Below, piece by piece: positions 12,681 through 26,177 of a stretch of DNA of 64,000 bases. The notes under the pieces were generated by a model. That model was not told the origin of the DNA. It did no database searches and worked only from the letters and a program-made list of their open reading frames with translations. Origin of the DNA: Octopus bimaculoides (lineage: Eukaryota); contig NC_068995.1 of the NCBI RefSeq assembly GCF_001194135.2, forward strand, positions 56,842,787 to 56,906,786, written 5' to 3'. Position 1 is the first letter of the stretch; the number at the start of each line of letters is the position of its first letter. Position numbers and translations under genes: made by a program.

Positions 12681-13271
12681 ATGCAGCACCATTCAGACTT
12701 CTGATGCCACCACCATCAATACTTTTGACTTTGCTGCCTTCCCCTCCACCTCTATTACCACTGTCTTTCACATCATTTACTCTCATCGTCATGCCTGACC
12801 ACTACCACCACCACCACCACCACCACCACCACCATCACTGCTGCTTTCGCCTCTATCATAACTACAGCTCATACTATTACTATCACGACATTACCATCGT
12901 TCAGTATGTTGGTTCAGTGTTCAGTCCCTCTTTCTCTCACATATCCACTCTTACTCGCTTACTTCCACTGCCACCATCAACACTATTATTCTAATAAAAA
13001 CATTGTTGACTCTCCCTAAATTTCTTTGTCTCTCTTTCTCACCTTCTCTCTGTCTGTCTTCATCATTTCTATGCCTACCATAACTCTCACCCCAGTATGA
13101 GCAATAGTAGAAGTGTCAATGAATAGTGAGAGAGGGGGTTGAAGTGTGACACACTGACACACAGAAATTAGTTTTCACATTTATTATATTAGATATTCAC
13201 ACACAAATATATACATACACACACTTGTATATATACACATACATGTGTATGTGTGTGCACATGTAGGACTT

Positions 13272-13650
13272 CCCTCATCTTGACACTTTTGTGTGTTAGT
13301 TATAAACAAAATCACCATTCATACATTGGTATCACTTGCTTGGAATCTTCTGTAAAAAGAATATCTCATCAACGATCTATTCATTATCTGAAGAATTAGG
13401 GGAAATATTATTTGCTTGGAAATAGATAAGAGATGCAGACAAGGAGAGCATCCAAGCACAGAAGATCTGCCTCAACAAGCTTTGTCTGAACAATGCAAGC
13501 ATGGAAAAGTAGGTGCTACAACAACAATGATGATAAAGATGATGATGATGATCATGATGACAATGATGACGATGATGGTGAAAATGATGACGGTGACAAA
13601 GATGATGTCAATGATGGTGACGGTGTTGATAATGACGATTAAAATTTAAA
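13272..13650 (+). mobile_element. SINE family B 3' half running into an expanded (GAT)n tail
   Basis: aaatattatttgcttggaaa...gagcatccaagcacagaagatctgcctca...gcaagcatggaaaagtagg then degenerate GAT repeats. Confidence 0.7.
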
Positions 13651-16358
13651 TGTTATCGATGATATAGTCGTTGATGTAATGACTGAAAATATGTTTGGTT
13701 TAATTAGCGAATTCTTCCTTGCTTGTATGCCATTTAATTAATTATAGGAATGGTGCCTAATGACACTGGCATTCCAAAAAATATATATAGTTGTGCTAAG
13801 AAGATAATGGTATTTTTAAAGAAGAAAATTTGAAAAACACAACCTGAGTTCCTAAATATGCTGTCTCCATAACTGTAGGAACCATTGACATATCTTGCAC
13901 TGTTGATAGGCAAATTTACTTAAGTATTTGTCCTGAGATAACATCTCTTATGGACGTACTGAGTTAGAAATACAATAAATATTGGAGGGAGATGATAATT
14001 TGTCCCAGCAGTGGCCAGCAAGAACTCTAGATATATTTCAATCGTTTTGGGGGCCTTTGCAATGACATGCACTAACAGTCAGCCACTTTTCCTTGGATAA
14101 TATATGCACACACGCACACACTCAAACTTGTCAAAGACCTGACGTCACTTGCCCCTAATCATAAACACACTTGCACATTCATACACACCATTCTCACACA
14201 CACACACACACACACACCTTTAATTATAGTATTAGGTTACAGTGCTCCAGCATGACCATCAAACTCCACTGACAGGAACCCCTTAAATAGTACAGACGTT
14301 GAAAACCATTTGATATGAATTCTAAAAGTTTAAGATTAGAAAGATATGTAAAAGTTAGAAAACTGTATTCCACAACATATGTCATCTTGAACAAGTTCAT
14401 CAACTATCATGACAATTTATAATATGACCATCCAAACAACACACACAAAGTAATTATGTATACATACACACACACACACACATACAGATACACACATAAG
14501 CATATACATCTTCACAACAAGTTTGTTTAATGTAGCAACAGTTTGTAACTGAAGTTGAACCTAATTAATATCAAAGTGAAGCAATTCATTTAAACGGTAA
14601 TTAAAACTGATTGATGGAACTGTTGGGAGTGAAGTCGAAGATGAAGTGATACAGGAAACGGTGTTGCTGATTAACGATGCCATGTCATCGATGGTTACAG
14701 TGATGGAAACACTGTAAAGATGAGCTGAGATGAGATATTGTGCCAAAATAGGTGGAGGTTGGNNNNNNNNNNNNNNNNNNNNNNNNNNNNNNNNNNNNNN
14801 NNNNNNNNNNNNNNNNNNNNNNNNNNNNGGGTGGGTGTTGGAGGTGAAGGGGCAACAAAAGAGAGGGAACGGTGGTGACAACAATATGTGAAGAACTGAT
14901 ATGGTGGAAGGTGGTGGAAGCGGAGGGAGTGGGTAAGTGAGCAGCTGGTTGGCTGGTGTGTGAGGGGGTGGTAGTGTCTGGATGACAGTACATGTGACTG
15001 ATAGTAGTAGATAGTATGTTTGACGAGATTAATGGATTAACTGAAATAATCTACAATGCAAGACCTAATATTATGAAATGAAGAATCACACTGAAAAAGT
15101 TGTCAAAGTAGAAAGAAGGAATAAATGAGTAAAAGAAGGTAATCGAGTCCCCCACCCGAACAACAACAAAAAAAAACAGAAAGAAAAATGAAGACAATGA
15201 AAAATAGAAAATCTTGTTGATCATTTGGTAAAAGAAAAAAGAAAAACAAGATGTAAAATTATAGAAATCACAGTAGTTAAATTGGAATATGTCCTTTACG
15301 ATTATTATATATATATATAAACACACAGACATATATATAGACACATATATATTTATAAATATTCACACAGATGCACATAGTCAGACAGACAGACAGATAG
15401 ATACACATACATAGTATACATATATTTCATAAAGGCTTATTTGAATGTTTATCATATTAAAATTCTGAGAGGTCTAGATTTGAATTTTTATCATTTTGTA
15501 ATCAATAACTCAGGTATTAATCTAGTAGTGGGTGTTTGATTTAGTTAATGAAAGCCGTCCCTCACTTTCCCTTTCTCTTCCACCATGAAAGTGGAAAACA
15601 AAAAAAAACTGTGTTCTGTTGTCCCTGTGTAAGAGATGATGGTCAAAACAGCTTTGTAAGTAATAGGGTCATCATACCCCCATCTTATTAAAGTCATTAT
15701 GTGTTTTAAGCACAGAATTGTACTCACTCCTGTTGGCTTCACTGATAGTAAAGATACACACACACCACACACACACACACACACAAAACACTTATTGCTT
15801 CATGGCTGAGTGATCATTGGTTGGAAAAATCATCCAACTGTAAAAAGCAATTGTTGAGCAAATACACACTGCACTCCTGTGAGCATGATAAAATTGATGT
15901 AATACAATAATCATCAATACTAAGTCGACTCTTCGCTTTGAAAAATATGTCTGTGTGTGTATGAGGTGGGGGTTTACATATCTATGTGTGGATGTGGAGG
16001 TGTGCCATTGTGTGTAGACATTGTGTATTGAAATGGAGTTGCAGTTGGGTGTTTTCACAAACTGATGGACAATTAGCCTCAGTTATTCTATGCTGTTTCT
16101 CGTTTCACATATTCAACACTAGCCATGCTGGGGCACCACTCTGTAAGGTATTGCTGATTATATCATTGCTTCCCTCCTCATCACAACATTTACTTCATTG
16201 AGCTCAGAATGATAAAAGGTAATCCAAACCTAGGTAGAGTTTGAACTTGAAAACATTTCTCTCATACATACATGTGTGTGTGTGTGTGTGTGTGTAAAAG
16301 CAAATAAGCAGATCTAAAATCTGTATGAGGGATGAGCACAACAGCTGTACTGGCAAAT

Positions 16359-16430
16359 AACGTTTCTTACCATTTCAACATGGCTGTTCCGTTCAAACAG
16401 AGCAGCAATGTTGAAGTGGTAACAAATATT
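16359..16430. ncRNA. Bulge-free hairpin, candidate pri-miRNA
   Basis: 35 opposed positions: 28 Watson-Crick, 3 G-U and 4 mismatches on the + strand. It matches no mature miRNA that I recognise. Confidence 0.35.
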
Positions 16431-18163
16431 ACTGATATATATACATATATACATTTAGTATATGTTATGCTGTATGTTTATTTACCATAAATTTGTCTAT
16501 ATATCAGGAATGTAGAGCTCTGAGTAACAGTTTCTCAAGTTTTTTGGGCTTTAACAATATAACATTTTTACTCTACCTTAGGTATTCGAGTACTATTTAA
16601 CTCTACTACATTTAACCATATTCAAATTTTTCATTGAACTTACTACTTTAAATATTTATTCATTATAGTTCTGATAGTGACTCAGCAATTAGAGCAAGGT
16701 CATCATCATAGATGGTCGCTCGGTTTTACGTTGGAGATAGTGCGCCCATGTGCATGCGTGTGTTTATAACATATATATGAGTAATGTGTACTGTTATATG
16801 TACATGTATTTCCTTGTATGCCATTTGTGGATACACATAATCTAGGTGTCTCTCTCTCTCTCTCTTCCCTGTATGTGTGAGTGTACACACACACACACTT
16901 ATGTCCACCACATCAGCTTTGGGTTGCTACATATTTCTCCAGAGGTAAGAATAGAATTAAGATTCTGAAGAAGATGAAAATGTACCAAATTCCTTAGTCT
17001 GTACAGCAGCAGCAGCACCAAAGATTATCCTTATAAAGTAAATATCAACTATAATGGAACAACAAAAATAACAACAAAGAAAAATATTGAAAGATAAAAG
17101 AGAAATAAAAATTGGCCCCAAAAAAAATCAAAATCAAAGAGAGAGACAGACAGACAGACAGACAGGGAAAGTAAGAAAGAACAAGCAATAAAGAATGTGT
17201 GAGAGAGAGAGAGAGAGGGAAGACAGAGACTGAGAGAGTAAAAGAACGCTATTCCCAAAAGTTTTCTTATTTCTGAGTCTTTCACACTTCATTTTAATCT
17301 ATTTTATTTTATTTTATTTCATTTCTGAAGTCTTCTTTGTTTCCCATTCTTTATTTTATTTTTATTTCATTCTTTTTTTTTGCTTTTATCTATTTCTTTA
17401 TTTTGTTTAATATTTTCTTTAAAACATTTTATTCCAAACTGTTCTTGACACCTTCGGTACGAGGCTGCTTTAATTTTCTCAGGCACAAGAAGGAAATAAA
17501 AAAAAAAATTAAAAGAAAATAATTTTTTTTCATCATTATCACGATTATCAACATCATTATAATCATTGACATCATTCCTTCTTCTTATATTATTATTATC
17601 ATAACTATTATTATTATGATCATTATTATTATTATTATTATTGTTGTTGTTGTTGTTATTGAAAAATCATCATCAGAGTCACCATCAACATACTCTTTAA
17701 GAAAACAGAATCATCATTAATAACAACAACATCACAAATTATATTGTTTTCATCATCATCATTGTCATCATCACCATCATCATTTTCACAAACTTTCTCA
17801 ATTTTTTTAGCATTTGTAATTGTTAGTTTTTGTAGGATATTTTGTGTGTCGTTGTTGTTGTTGCTGCCATTTCTGCTTGTTGTATCGCTCCCTTCATCAT
17901 CATCATCATCGTCAACATGATCGTTATAATCCATCAATTGTCCCTTGTATAACTATCGTCATTACTCTCAGCATCACCACCACCACCAACATCCCCCACA
18001 CCTAACATATTTCTACTAACATCTTTCTGTGCAATATTTTACATCTATTTCTACTAATTTTTCTTTTCAACAATCATTATTATTATTACTAATATCATTG
18101 TTATTAGTACAATTTATTACTACATACGTTATTACAACTAATTACAATCCTACTTCATCTTCC

Positions 18164-18205
<42 letters not shown>

Positions 18206-19064
18206 CATAATTGTTGTTGTTGTTGTTATTGAGAGTAGTATTAGTAATATTGCAATATTAATCCATATATTATTATGTTACTATATCTTGTCTTTACTAC
18301 TTACTATTATCAACATCTCTGTTGTTGCTGCTGATGCTCTTGTTTTGTCCTCTAATCTTTTTTTATTACTTACCACCATTGATACAATCATCATCATTAT
18401 TATTATTATTAATAATAATATTATTAATGTTAGAGTTGTTGTCATTTTGTCTTCTAAACTTTTTCTTGCTCAAATTCAGTTCATTCTAATATTTTTCTTG
18501 CTGTTGTTCACATTTTTTGTCTCACCTCAACTTCCATTAGAACTTTAAACCTTCCTACCGTGACCCACCCATCATACCACCCACACCACATTCTCAGGAA
18601 TAAAACAAAAATTTTAACTAAATAGATAAAGCAGACAGAGGTGTCTTTTAGTTTTGAAGATGTTGTTGAGTGCATCCTGAGAACAGTTGTGCATGTGTGT
18701 GTGCATTTGCAACAGTCAAACTTGGTGATTTCTACCTTACCAACAAAGAAATTGCAGTGGCACATGTGTGTGTGTGTGTGTGTATGCATGCATGTATGTG
18801 TGTGTGTGTGTGTATACGCATTGATGCATGAACGCAAAAAATGTAAGACTTGACCTAATTAATTGGAGGTAGATGTACTTAACAGCAATTCTTGAGTTAG
18901 GTCCACATTACTTCAAATTTCGTGAGTGCAAGACTCATGCACATCATCAGATTTTCAAAGATACACACACATATATTAGTGGTGTATGGTGGTGGTTGTT
19001 ATTGGCTGTGCAGTCACACTGACCATGCTATGACCATTTTTCGCCATGATAGATTGTTAGCCAC

Positions 19065-19235
19065 TAAACTTTTTTCTATTTTCTCTCCGTGTTCATTTTT
19101 GTATTCCTTTCTGTTGAAGAGCATAGGTTCGAAATGTAAAAGACTTTCTTACTTCCTGAGCATTAAACTAATACATTTGTTTGTTGTTTACACACCCGTC
19201 TTCGTCTTTTATTTGTTTTGTAAATTCTCACTGTA
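19065..19235 (+). mobile_element. Penelope-like element terminal fragment with a degenerate hammerhead
   Basis: CTTT-CTGTTGA-A-GAGC atag GTTC-GAAA-TGTA-AAAG at 19107-19142, followed by gactttcttacttcctgagcattaaactaatacatttgtttgttgtttacacac. Confidence 0.55.
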
Positions 19236-19704
19236 TTACTCAAATAAGGCATGCAAATGGTGTAATTCTATTCAAAATGCAGGATATAAAATGTAAATAA
19301 TGTAAACTTAATTCATTTGGGATACAGACATATAGCACAAAAGTAAACTGAATTTATAATACCCTATGAATTGTAAGCATAATAAGCCATAAGTTTCTAG
19401 TACAAACACACTGAAAAATAAGAAACCACATAATTTTACTTCAATTACTTATATGTAAGTTCTATTCTTCTTCTTTGAGACATAAAATGTCCGATAACCT
19501 CATCGGACAATGAACCACTCTGCATCAGCACATGTTTTCCAAGTGAAAGTAAACCAAAGTCCCTTGGTCTTCCCTGATTTTGTGACCCACGGAAGCAAGT
19601 ATTTATTCATTTGAGAATGGAAAATGTGCATTCTGCTAGAATTCAACCTGACTTATGATGATAATAATGCTACATACACGCAGACACAATTACATACATT
19701 AATA

Positions 19705-20010
19705 TCACTGCATCACCACTGTCCAGGCTATCAGATGTTGTAATACATCACTTGTCACAATGCACTTCCTTACATCATTGTAGCTTTCAAATGATGCCAC
19801 CCTGTTGGCTGGGTGGGTGGGTAGGCCTAAGTTCCCTTTGAATGCAATACTTGCTCATTTTGCAGGGTTAATTCATTTACAGTTGAATGGATGAAAGCAA
19901 AGTGAAATAAAGTGTTTCGCTCAACAACACAAAGCAGAGCTGGTCTGGCAGTCAAAACCATAATTTTGTGATTAGGAGTGCAACACCTTGCTCTGTAGGT
20001 TAGGTACTTT
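19705..20010 (-). mobile_element. SINE family C
   Basis: gcaaagtgaaataaagtgtttcgctcaacaacacaa...ttttgtgattaggagtgcaacacc; same core as 41880, 42510 and 59445. Confidence 0.7.
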
Positions 20011-20755
20011 CACATATATGCATCTATACACACATATATACATAAATACATACACATACTCCTTTTATTATTATAATCACAACCAACTTATCAGACTTTC
20101 TCCTCCAGCTATATTTCCACCAGAATCATCATTAGGATCATCGTAATCATTGTCACGACATCATTATAATCTAATTTTTCTGGAGTCTTTTTTTTTTCGT
20201 TTTTTGTCTTCATTTTAAAATACACTTTTAATCATTTCACTTGTTTTCAGATTTTGCAATACAAAAACAAAAACTGAAAACAAAACAAAACGAAAAAGGG
20301 AACCCTAAAATAAAATCAGAAGCAGTAAAAGAAAACCAGCCCCCAAAAACAAAGAAGAAAACGATGTGGGGGTGGAGTGTGGGGGAAGAGCAGAAAGTTT
20401 ATCTTAAAGTAAGAGTTACTTATATCTCAATGGCCATAGAAATATATTGTTTACACTCTTCTTCCCTTCACCCTGGCATCATATTTCTTGCCATCTCTAT
20501 CTCTAATATCTTGGCCTTCACTTTTTTTCTTTTTAGCTGAAATTTTTGTCATGTTTTTTTTTTTATTTATTTGTTTATTTAGATATTCATTTATTTATCT
20601 ACTTTATTTATTTACTCCAATCCCTTCATAACAAAAATGCAATCACACACACATGTAATATAAACACACACTTATACCATGTTGTACACGCACACACACA
20701 CACTCATGTATATCCATATACATTTATGTGTGTTTACATATATACACACACGTAA

Positions 20756-20788
<33 letters not shown>

Positions 20789-20808
20789 GATATATATTNN
20801 NNNNNNNN

Positions 20809-20839
<31 letters not shown>

Positions 20840-22061
20840 GATATATATTCAGAAAAAGTGTACATATATGCAAAAAGATAATACAGAAAGAAAAAATTCA
20901 ACCTAAAAGTATTAAAAATATACGTTTATACACATACATTTTATATATATATATCTATATACATAATTACATAGATACATGCACATACATACAAACACAC
21001 ATAAGCATACACAAATAACCACACACACACACACACACAAGTATATAAGAAAGATAAAATAATACTAATTGAAGAAATGAAATGACATTTTACAAAATAA
21101 AAAAAGAAACATAAAAAAAATTCAAAACCAAAACCAAATAAAAGCATTCTTTAGTGAATGTCTTTTGTTTATATATACATTTACGTACACACACACATGT
21201 ATATACACACATATATATGCACATATACATCTATACACTCACATACACACATATATATATATACACACTCGCACACACACACACACACAAATATATATAT
21301 ATATATATATACACACTCGCACACACACACACAGATATATATACACACACACATATATTATATATAATATATATATATATATATATACATATGTGTTTCT
21401 GTCTTTATTCACACTTACCAACTGAACTGAAATCTTTTTATCTCATTTCAGAATTTCTCAATTATCATTATTAATTACCCCACTACCTACTTCCCTAACA
21501 CACACACATACACACACACACACACTCCCTACGTTTTCTACTTTTTTCTTCTCTTTTCCCCTTCTTTTTGTTTATTTATTTATTTATTTTTTTTGGCAGC
21601 TCTCATTTATTACAGTAAAACTAATGAAGAAGAAAAGGAAGAAAACAAAGAAGGAATACAAAGAAGGACAGGGGGGTGATGGTGTAGTGAAGCGGGGTGG
21701 GCAGCAGTGGAAGGGTTTTGACTACTTCACAGAATGGAAGGAAAGAAAAGAAATTACAGAAAAGAAATAAAAGTCAGGGAGGTTGGGAGGGGGGATGTGT
21801 GAATGAGATTAGAAGAACAGTGGCGACATTTATTCACTCATTATTATTATCCTTATTATTATTATTATTAATGATATTTCTATATTGTTACTGCATTTCT
21901 ATATTGCTATCATCATCATCATCATCATCAGTGGAAATTTTTATTACTACTATTGTTATAATTAATAGTATTTATGGAAGTTGTTTTTGTTGCTGTTAAT
22001 AACGTTATCACTACCACCACCACCTTTCTATACACTTATATATATATATATGCAAATGAAG

Positions 22062-22104
<43 letters not shown>

Positions 22105-24117
22105 AAAGTTTGTTCACACTGCTATCATCATCATTGCAATAGTCATCCTCATCTTCATCCTAATCATCATTACTGTTCCTATCATCATCATCATCATTGT
22201 TGTCATCATCATCATCTTCATCATTGCAACTGCTGTTACTTCTGTCATCACTACCACTGTCATCAACACACCATCATAGTCATCACCATCATCACCACTG
22301 TCATTATTGCTGCCACCATCACCACCAGCATCACTGCCACAACCACCACTACCATCGTTTTAGTCATCAACATCAATGGTATAATAAAAAATATGTATAA
22401 AAATGTAGCAAAATTTCCTCAAATCTACAATTCATTGTTCCCTTGAATTTCATTACGGTACCCAACTCCATCAACAAATTTTATTTCCTCGCAATATCTA
22501 AAGTGATTATTTTTACTTTGGATTAATTTGATTTCATCAAGACAATAATAAAAAGAACAACAACAACAATAATAATAATAATAATAATAATAATACTAAG
22601 CACACGCACTGCCCAGCCCATATGGTACACCATGCCAGTGTTGTGCCAAAGTGTATGTCATACTATGTAAGTCATACCACACACTCGTCCACATTGGTCA
22701 CTCAACACCCACTTGTTTGCTTGATAGCTTCGTTTCTTTCAGTGCTAACATGATTCATTGTCACCTTCATACAGAGTCTTTACTTCACCAATCTCTCTGC
22801 TGCACCCCCACCCACAGTTTTCTTCTACCAACACCACCCACCCTCCTGCCCCCATTATCACATTGTCATTGCTTAAATTCTATTGTCCACTTTGATAATT
22901 ATTTTCTCTTTTTCCTCTCATTTCATCATTCAATTGTTTTATTTTGTGTTGGTCCCCTTCTTCTACCCCTTCCCCCTTCCTCTATCCCTTCCCCTCCTTT
23001 CTTTCTCTTTCTTATTTCCCCCACCCTGTCTCTGTCTGTCTGTGTCTTTCTCTCTCAGCAGGTTTCTGATTCCCAGAAACCCTTGCTGCAGATGACAAGT
23101 GATGGAGGAGACAAACTTTGACTGACAGAGCTTCTCCCCCACTCCACATGCCACCATCTAGGCAGAAAACAAAACAAAACAAACACAAAAATTGAAATTA
23201 AAGACACTCTTCAAGACAGTTATATTCTTCACTCCCTCCCTCTCTCTCTCTCACACACACATTCTTTTCCTTAAAGGCTTAAAAGAAAGTGAACAGAAAT
23301 CCTTAGAGAAAGATGGATTCTGCAAGGTTGTGAACTAAAAAAAATATATAAATATAAGTGTAAAAAAAAAACAGGAACAAATAACAAAAATAAAAAAACC
23401 CTCACAACAAGCAAAAAGAAATATAAACCCTCACCTCCAATAACAATCAGAGGTGACATAGAGGACCTAAACAAGTTTAAAAGGACAAATCAATCAATTA
23501 ATCAATCAATGATTGATTCAATCTATCAATCAATAAAGTCCTGATGCTGATGAAAGATGGGTTCTGCTACATAGCTGTTAGAAAGTCATTTTGAAAACAT
23601 CTTATGATAGTCATCATGAATGCCACCAAGATTCGTCTAAGTCGAAAGGACTAATTTCTCACTCCAGAGATCAAATAAGATCGATATTGTATTTTAATTG
23701 GTTTGTATTTTTTAAAATTTAATTTAAAAGGTTTAATTATTTTTTACATGCTACTAGGTTAGATACTTGTACAATATATATAGACACACATGCACTTTAT
23801 TTGGGGCTTAACAAGGTTGCCAATGGTTTCATGTGAAGCAAGCTTCACAAGTGTTCATGTGTTGGTACTCATCTCCATTTTGGATGAGGATACATGAGGC
23901 TGAACAGGGTTTCAAATTAAATATCACAGGAAATAACTTATAAATGTTTGTGTATGATGATACATTTTTAAGAACAGCCTAACTCAGCTCCACATGACTG
24001 AAATTAGGACATGTATGACACATTCGTCCATCTTATCAGATGCCCTGTATCTAACTTGTCATAAGGACTGACTAAAAGAGCTGATTTCAAGAAAGGCATC
24101 CATACCATGACAACAAG

Positions 24118-24495
24118 TGTTGTCCAATCCTATCTTGCAACCACATGGTCTAAAGTTTAGCCCCACTGCACAGCATCTCAGGCAACTATCCTCCTACTAT
24201 AGCCCAAGGCTAACCAGTAACTTGTGAGCAAATGTGATAGATAGAAACTATTTGGAAGCCCATTTTATACATGAGTGTGTGTGTGGCGTGTGCATGTGTG
24301 TGTTTGTGTGTGCATGTGTGTGTTTGTGTTTGTTCCCCTCCTTCCACTTGACAACTGATATTGGTTTGTTTATGTCCCTGTAACTTAGAAGTTTGGCAGA
24401 AAATAAAAAGACTTAAAGAATAAAGTGCCAGGCTTCATAAAAGTGCTGGGGTTGATCTGTTTGACTAAATTCATCAAGACAATGCCCCAGTGACA
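24118..24495 (+). mobile_element. SINE family A, near full length
   Basis: caaccacatggtctaaagtttagccccactgc...tactatagcccaaggctaacc...(TG)n...ccctgtaacttagaag...ggggttgatctgtttgactaaa...atgccccag. Confidence 0.8.
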
Positions 24496-25450
24496 AAAAA
24501 CAAGAGATAGAAGATGATGATGATGATGATGATGATAGAGGATGGAAAGAGAGAGAGAGAGAGTAGAGATTCCATTAGTTGTGCTTTATTTATTAAATGT
24601 TGATATTTGAAGGACAAAGTTAACATCAATGGACTTGGAATTTGGAAGAAACTCCACAGTGGAATCTGTCTAACACTGTGGTGAATTGGTGATTTCACTT
24701 CTGCACCCCAAACACATGAATTTAGGAAAAAAATAATTTTGAATTCATTTTGGCCAAACAAATGTGATACTTTGGTGAGATTTGAACTCAGGATATGAGG
24801 ATTGCTGCTCCAATAGTTTTCAATAATCCATTATCTTTCTCATTATCCTCATTACTGATTATTATTATTATCATTGCTCCTTTATCCCTTCCATCATCTC
24901 CATCGTCAAAATTTTTCCCCACCCCATCATCCTTCTTAATGACAGAATTAGCAGAAGCTCAATGACATTCAGTCATTTATCAATCCTCTTCACCCAACCC
25001 ATCATCATCAGCATCATCACCACCACCACCACAACCATCATCACTGTCATCCTCAACTCCACCACTACCACCACCAGTTTTTCTTCTTCCTCTTCCTCCT
25101 GACTTGATCATCACCATCATCTATTATTATAGTCATCATTATCCAACATCACTATCATCATCATCAGCAGCAGCAGCAGTAGAAGCAGCAACAGCAACAA
25201 TAACAACAGAAACATCACTGTGGTATTGTTCTCATAATTAGATTTGATTAGACAAACTAAAGTAATTCAATACAGTCTCCCCATGCCCACTCACCCTCCT
25301 GCTCTCTCTCTCTCTCTCCATTCAGCACACTTTCTTTCTTCTTATTCGAGTGGCAGTTGTGAGAAAAACATGGGAAACGCAACTTAAAAATCCTTTGGAA
25401 TTGAAAAATTTATCACTACAGGTATTCTTCACAACGCAGCTTTTAAGTCT

Positions 25451-25482
<32 letters not shown>

Positions 25483-26177
25483 CGTACACACATATACATA
25501 CACACATGCACACACACACACACACATAATGGCTTTAGCTTTGTTTTGTTTAATGTTTTTTAATTAATTATTTAAACTTGCCTGAATTATCAATTGGTAT
25601 TAGTTTAACTTATTACTATTTATTTTTCATAATATCCTCTTGACTTGTGTCTGTAACCACTGACCAAGTCATTAGTGCTTTGCTGGTCTGGAGATGTCCA
25701 GCGGAACCTATCCATATATCAAGTAATTCTCTCATCTTAAACTCCAACCCCTTGCCACCACCACCGTCTCTTTCTCAATTCTCACTTTCTTAATCTCTTT
25801 CGTTATCGATCCGGAAAATGTCTGGCTTAACAGTGCAATGGCATGTTTCTGCACTACATCTACCCATTCAGCCAGGGTGTCTTGCTATGGCTTGCGGCCA
25901 GCAGGTCATTTAGGGAAGTGTGTTTGTGTCATGTCTAGTCGAGTGTGTGTGACCTTTCCACATAGCTTATCCAATCAATTCACTATTGCGTTCTCGTGAT
26001 TTATTCTAGTTCACCGATCAATGACAACATGCTCACCTTTGCCCAATCAATGATAACTGATTCATTTGCTTATAGCTGAATTACTGTGGGTTCAATAAAT
26101 AGGGGCTGCCTATCCTATGACTGACAGCCACAGCATAGGGGCTTTTATCTATCGAACAACTTAGCTCAACATTTATA

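Noticed and set aside
14140-14147. Perfect CRE palindrome TGACGTCA
   Set aside because: A single 8-mer is expected by chance in 64 kb, and there is no promoter context.
14605-14717. Protein-like plus-strand read IDGTVGSEVEDEVIQETVLLINDAMSSMVTVMETL*
   Set aside because: No start codon or acceptor before it, no recognisable family, and it borders GAT/GGT low-complexity DNA.
15728-15741. 14-nt micro-exon candidates (minus here; plus at 48861-48874)
   Set aside because: Equally good on opposite strands, which shows a high false-positive rate; not testable without RNA.
22945-22965. ttggtccccttc similar to the 5' part of miR-133
   Set aside because: The match stops after 12 nt, there is no hairpin and it lies in a pyrimidine tract.
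23536-23652. CTGATGA...CGAAA as a third hammerhead
   Set aside because: No helix II, about 90 nt between the core halves, and no helix III or cleavage triplet.
19490-24681. 8-bp hairpins (tgtccgat/atcggaca near 19490, tgtgaagc/gcttcaca at 23832, ccacagtg/cactgtgg at 24654; also atcaagtt/aacttgat near 43210)
   Set aside because: Stems do not extend; several are expected by chance.
26037-26070. ESVIIDWAK before a strong donor, resembling nuclear-receptor helix 3
   Set aside because: In-frame stop just upstream and only a weak aag acceptor; nine residues are not enough.
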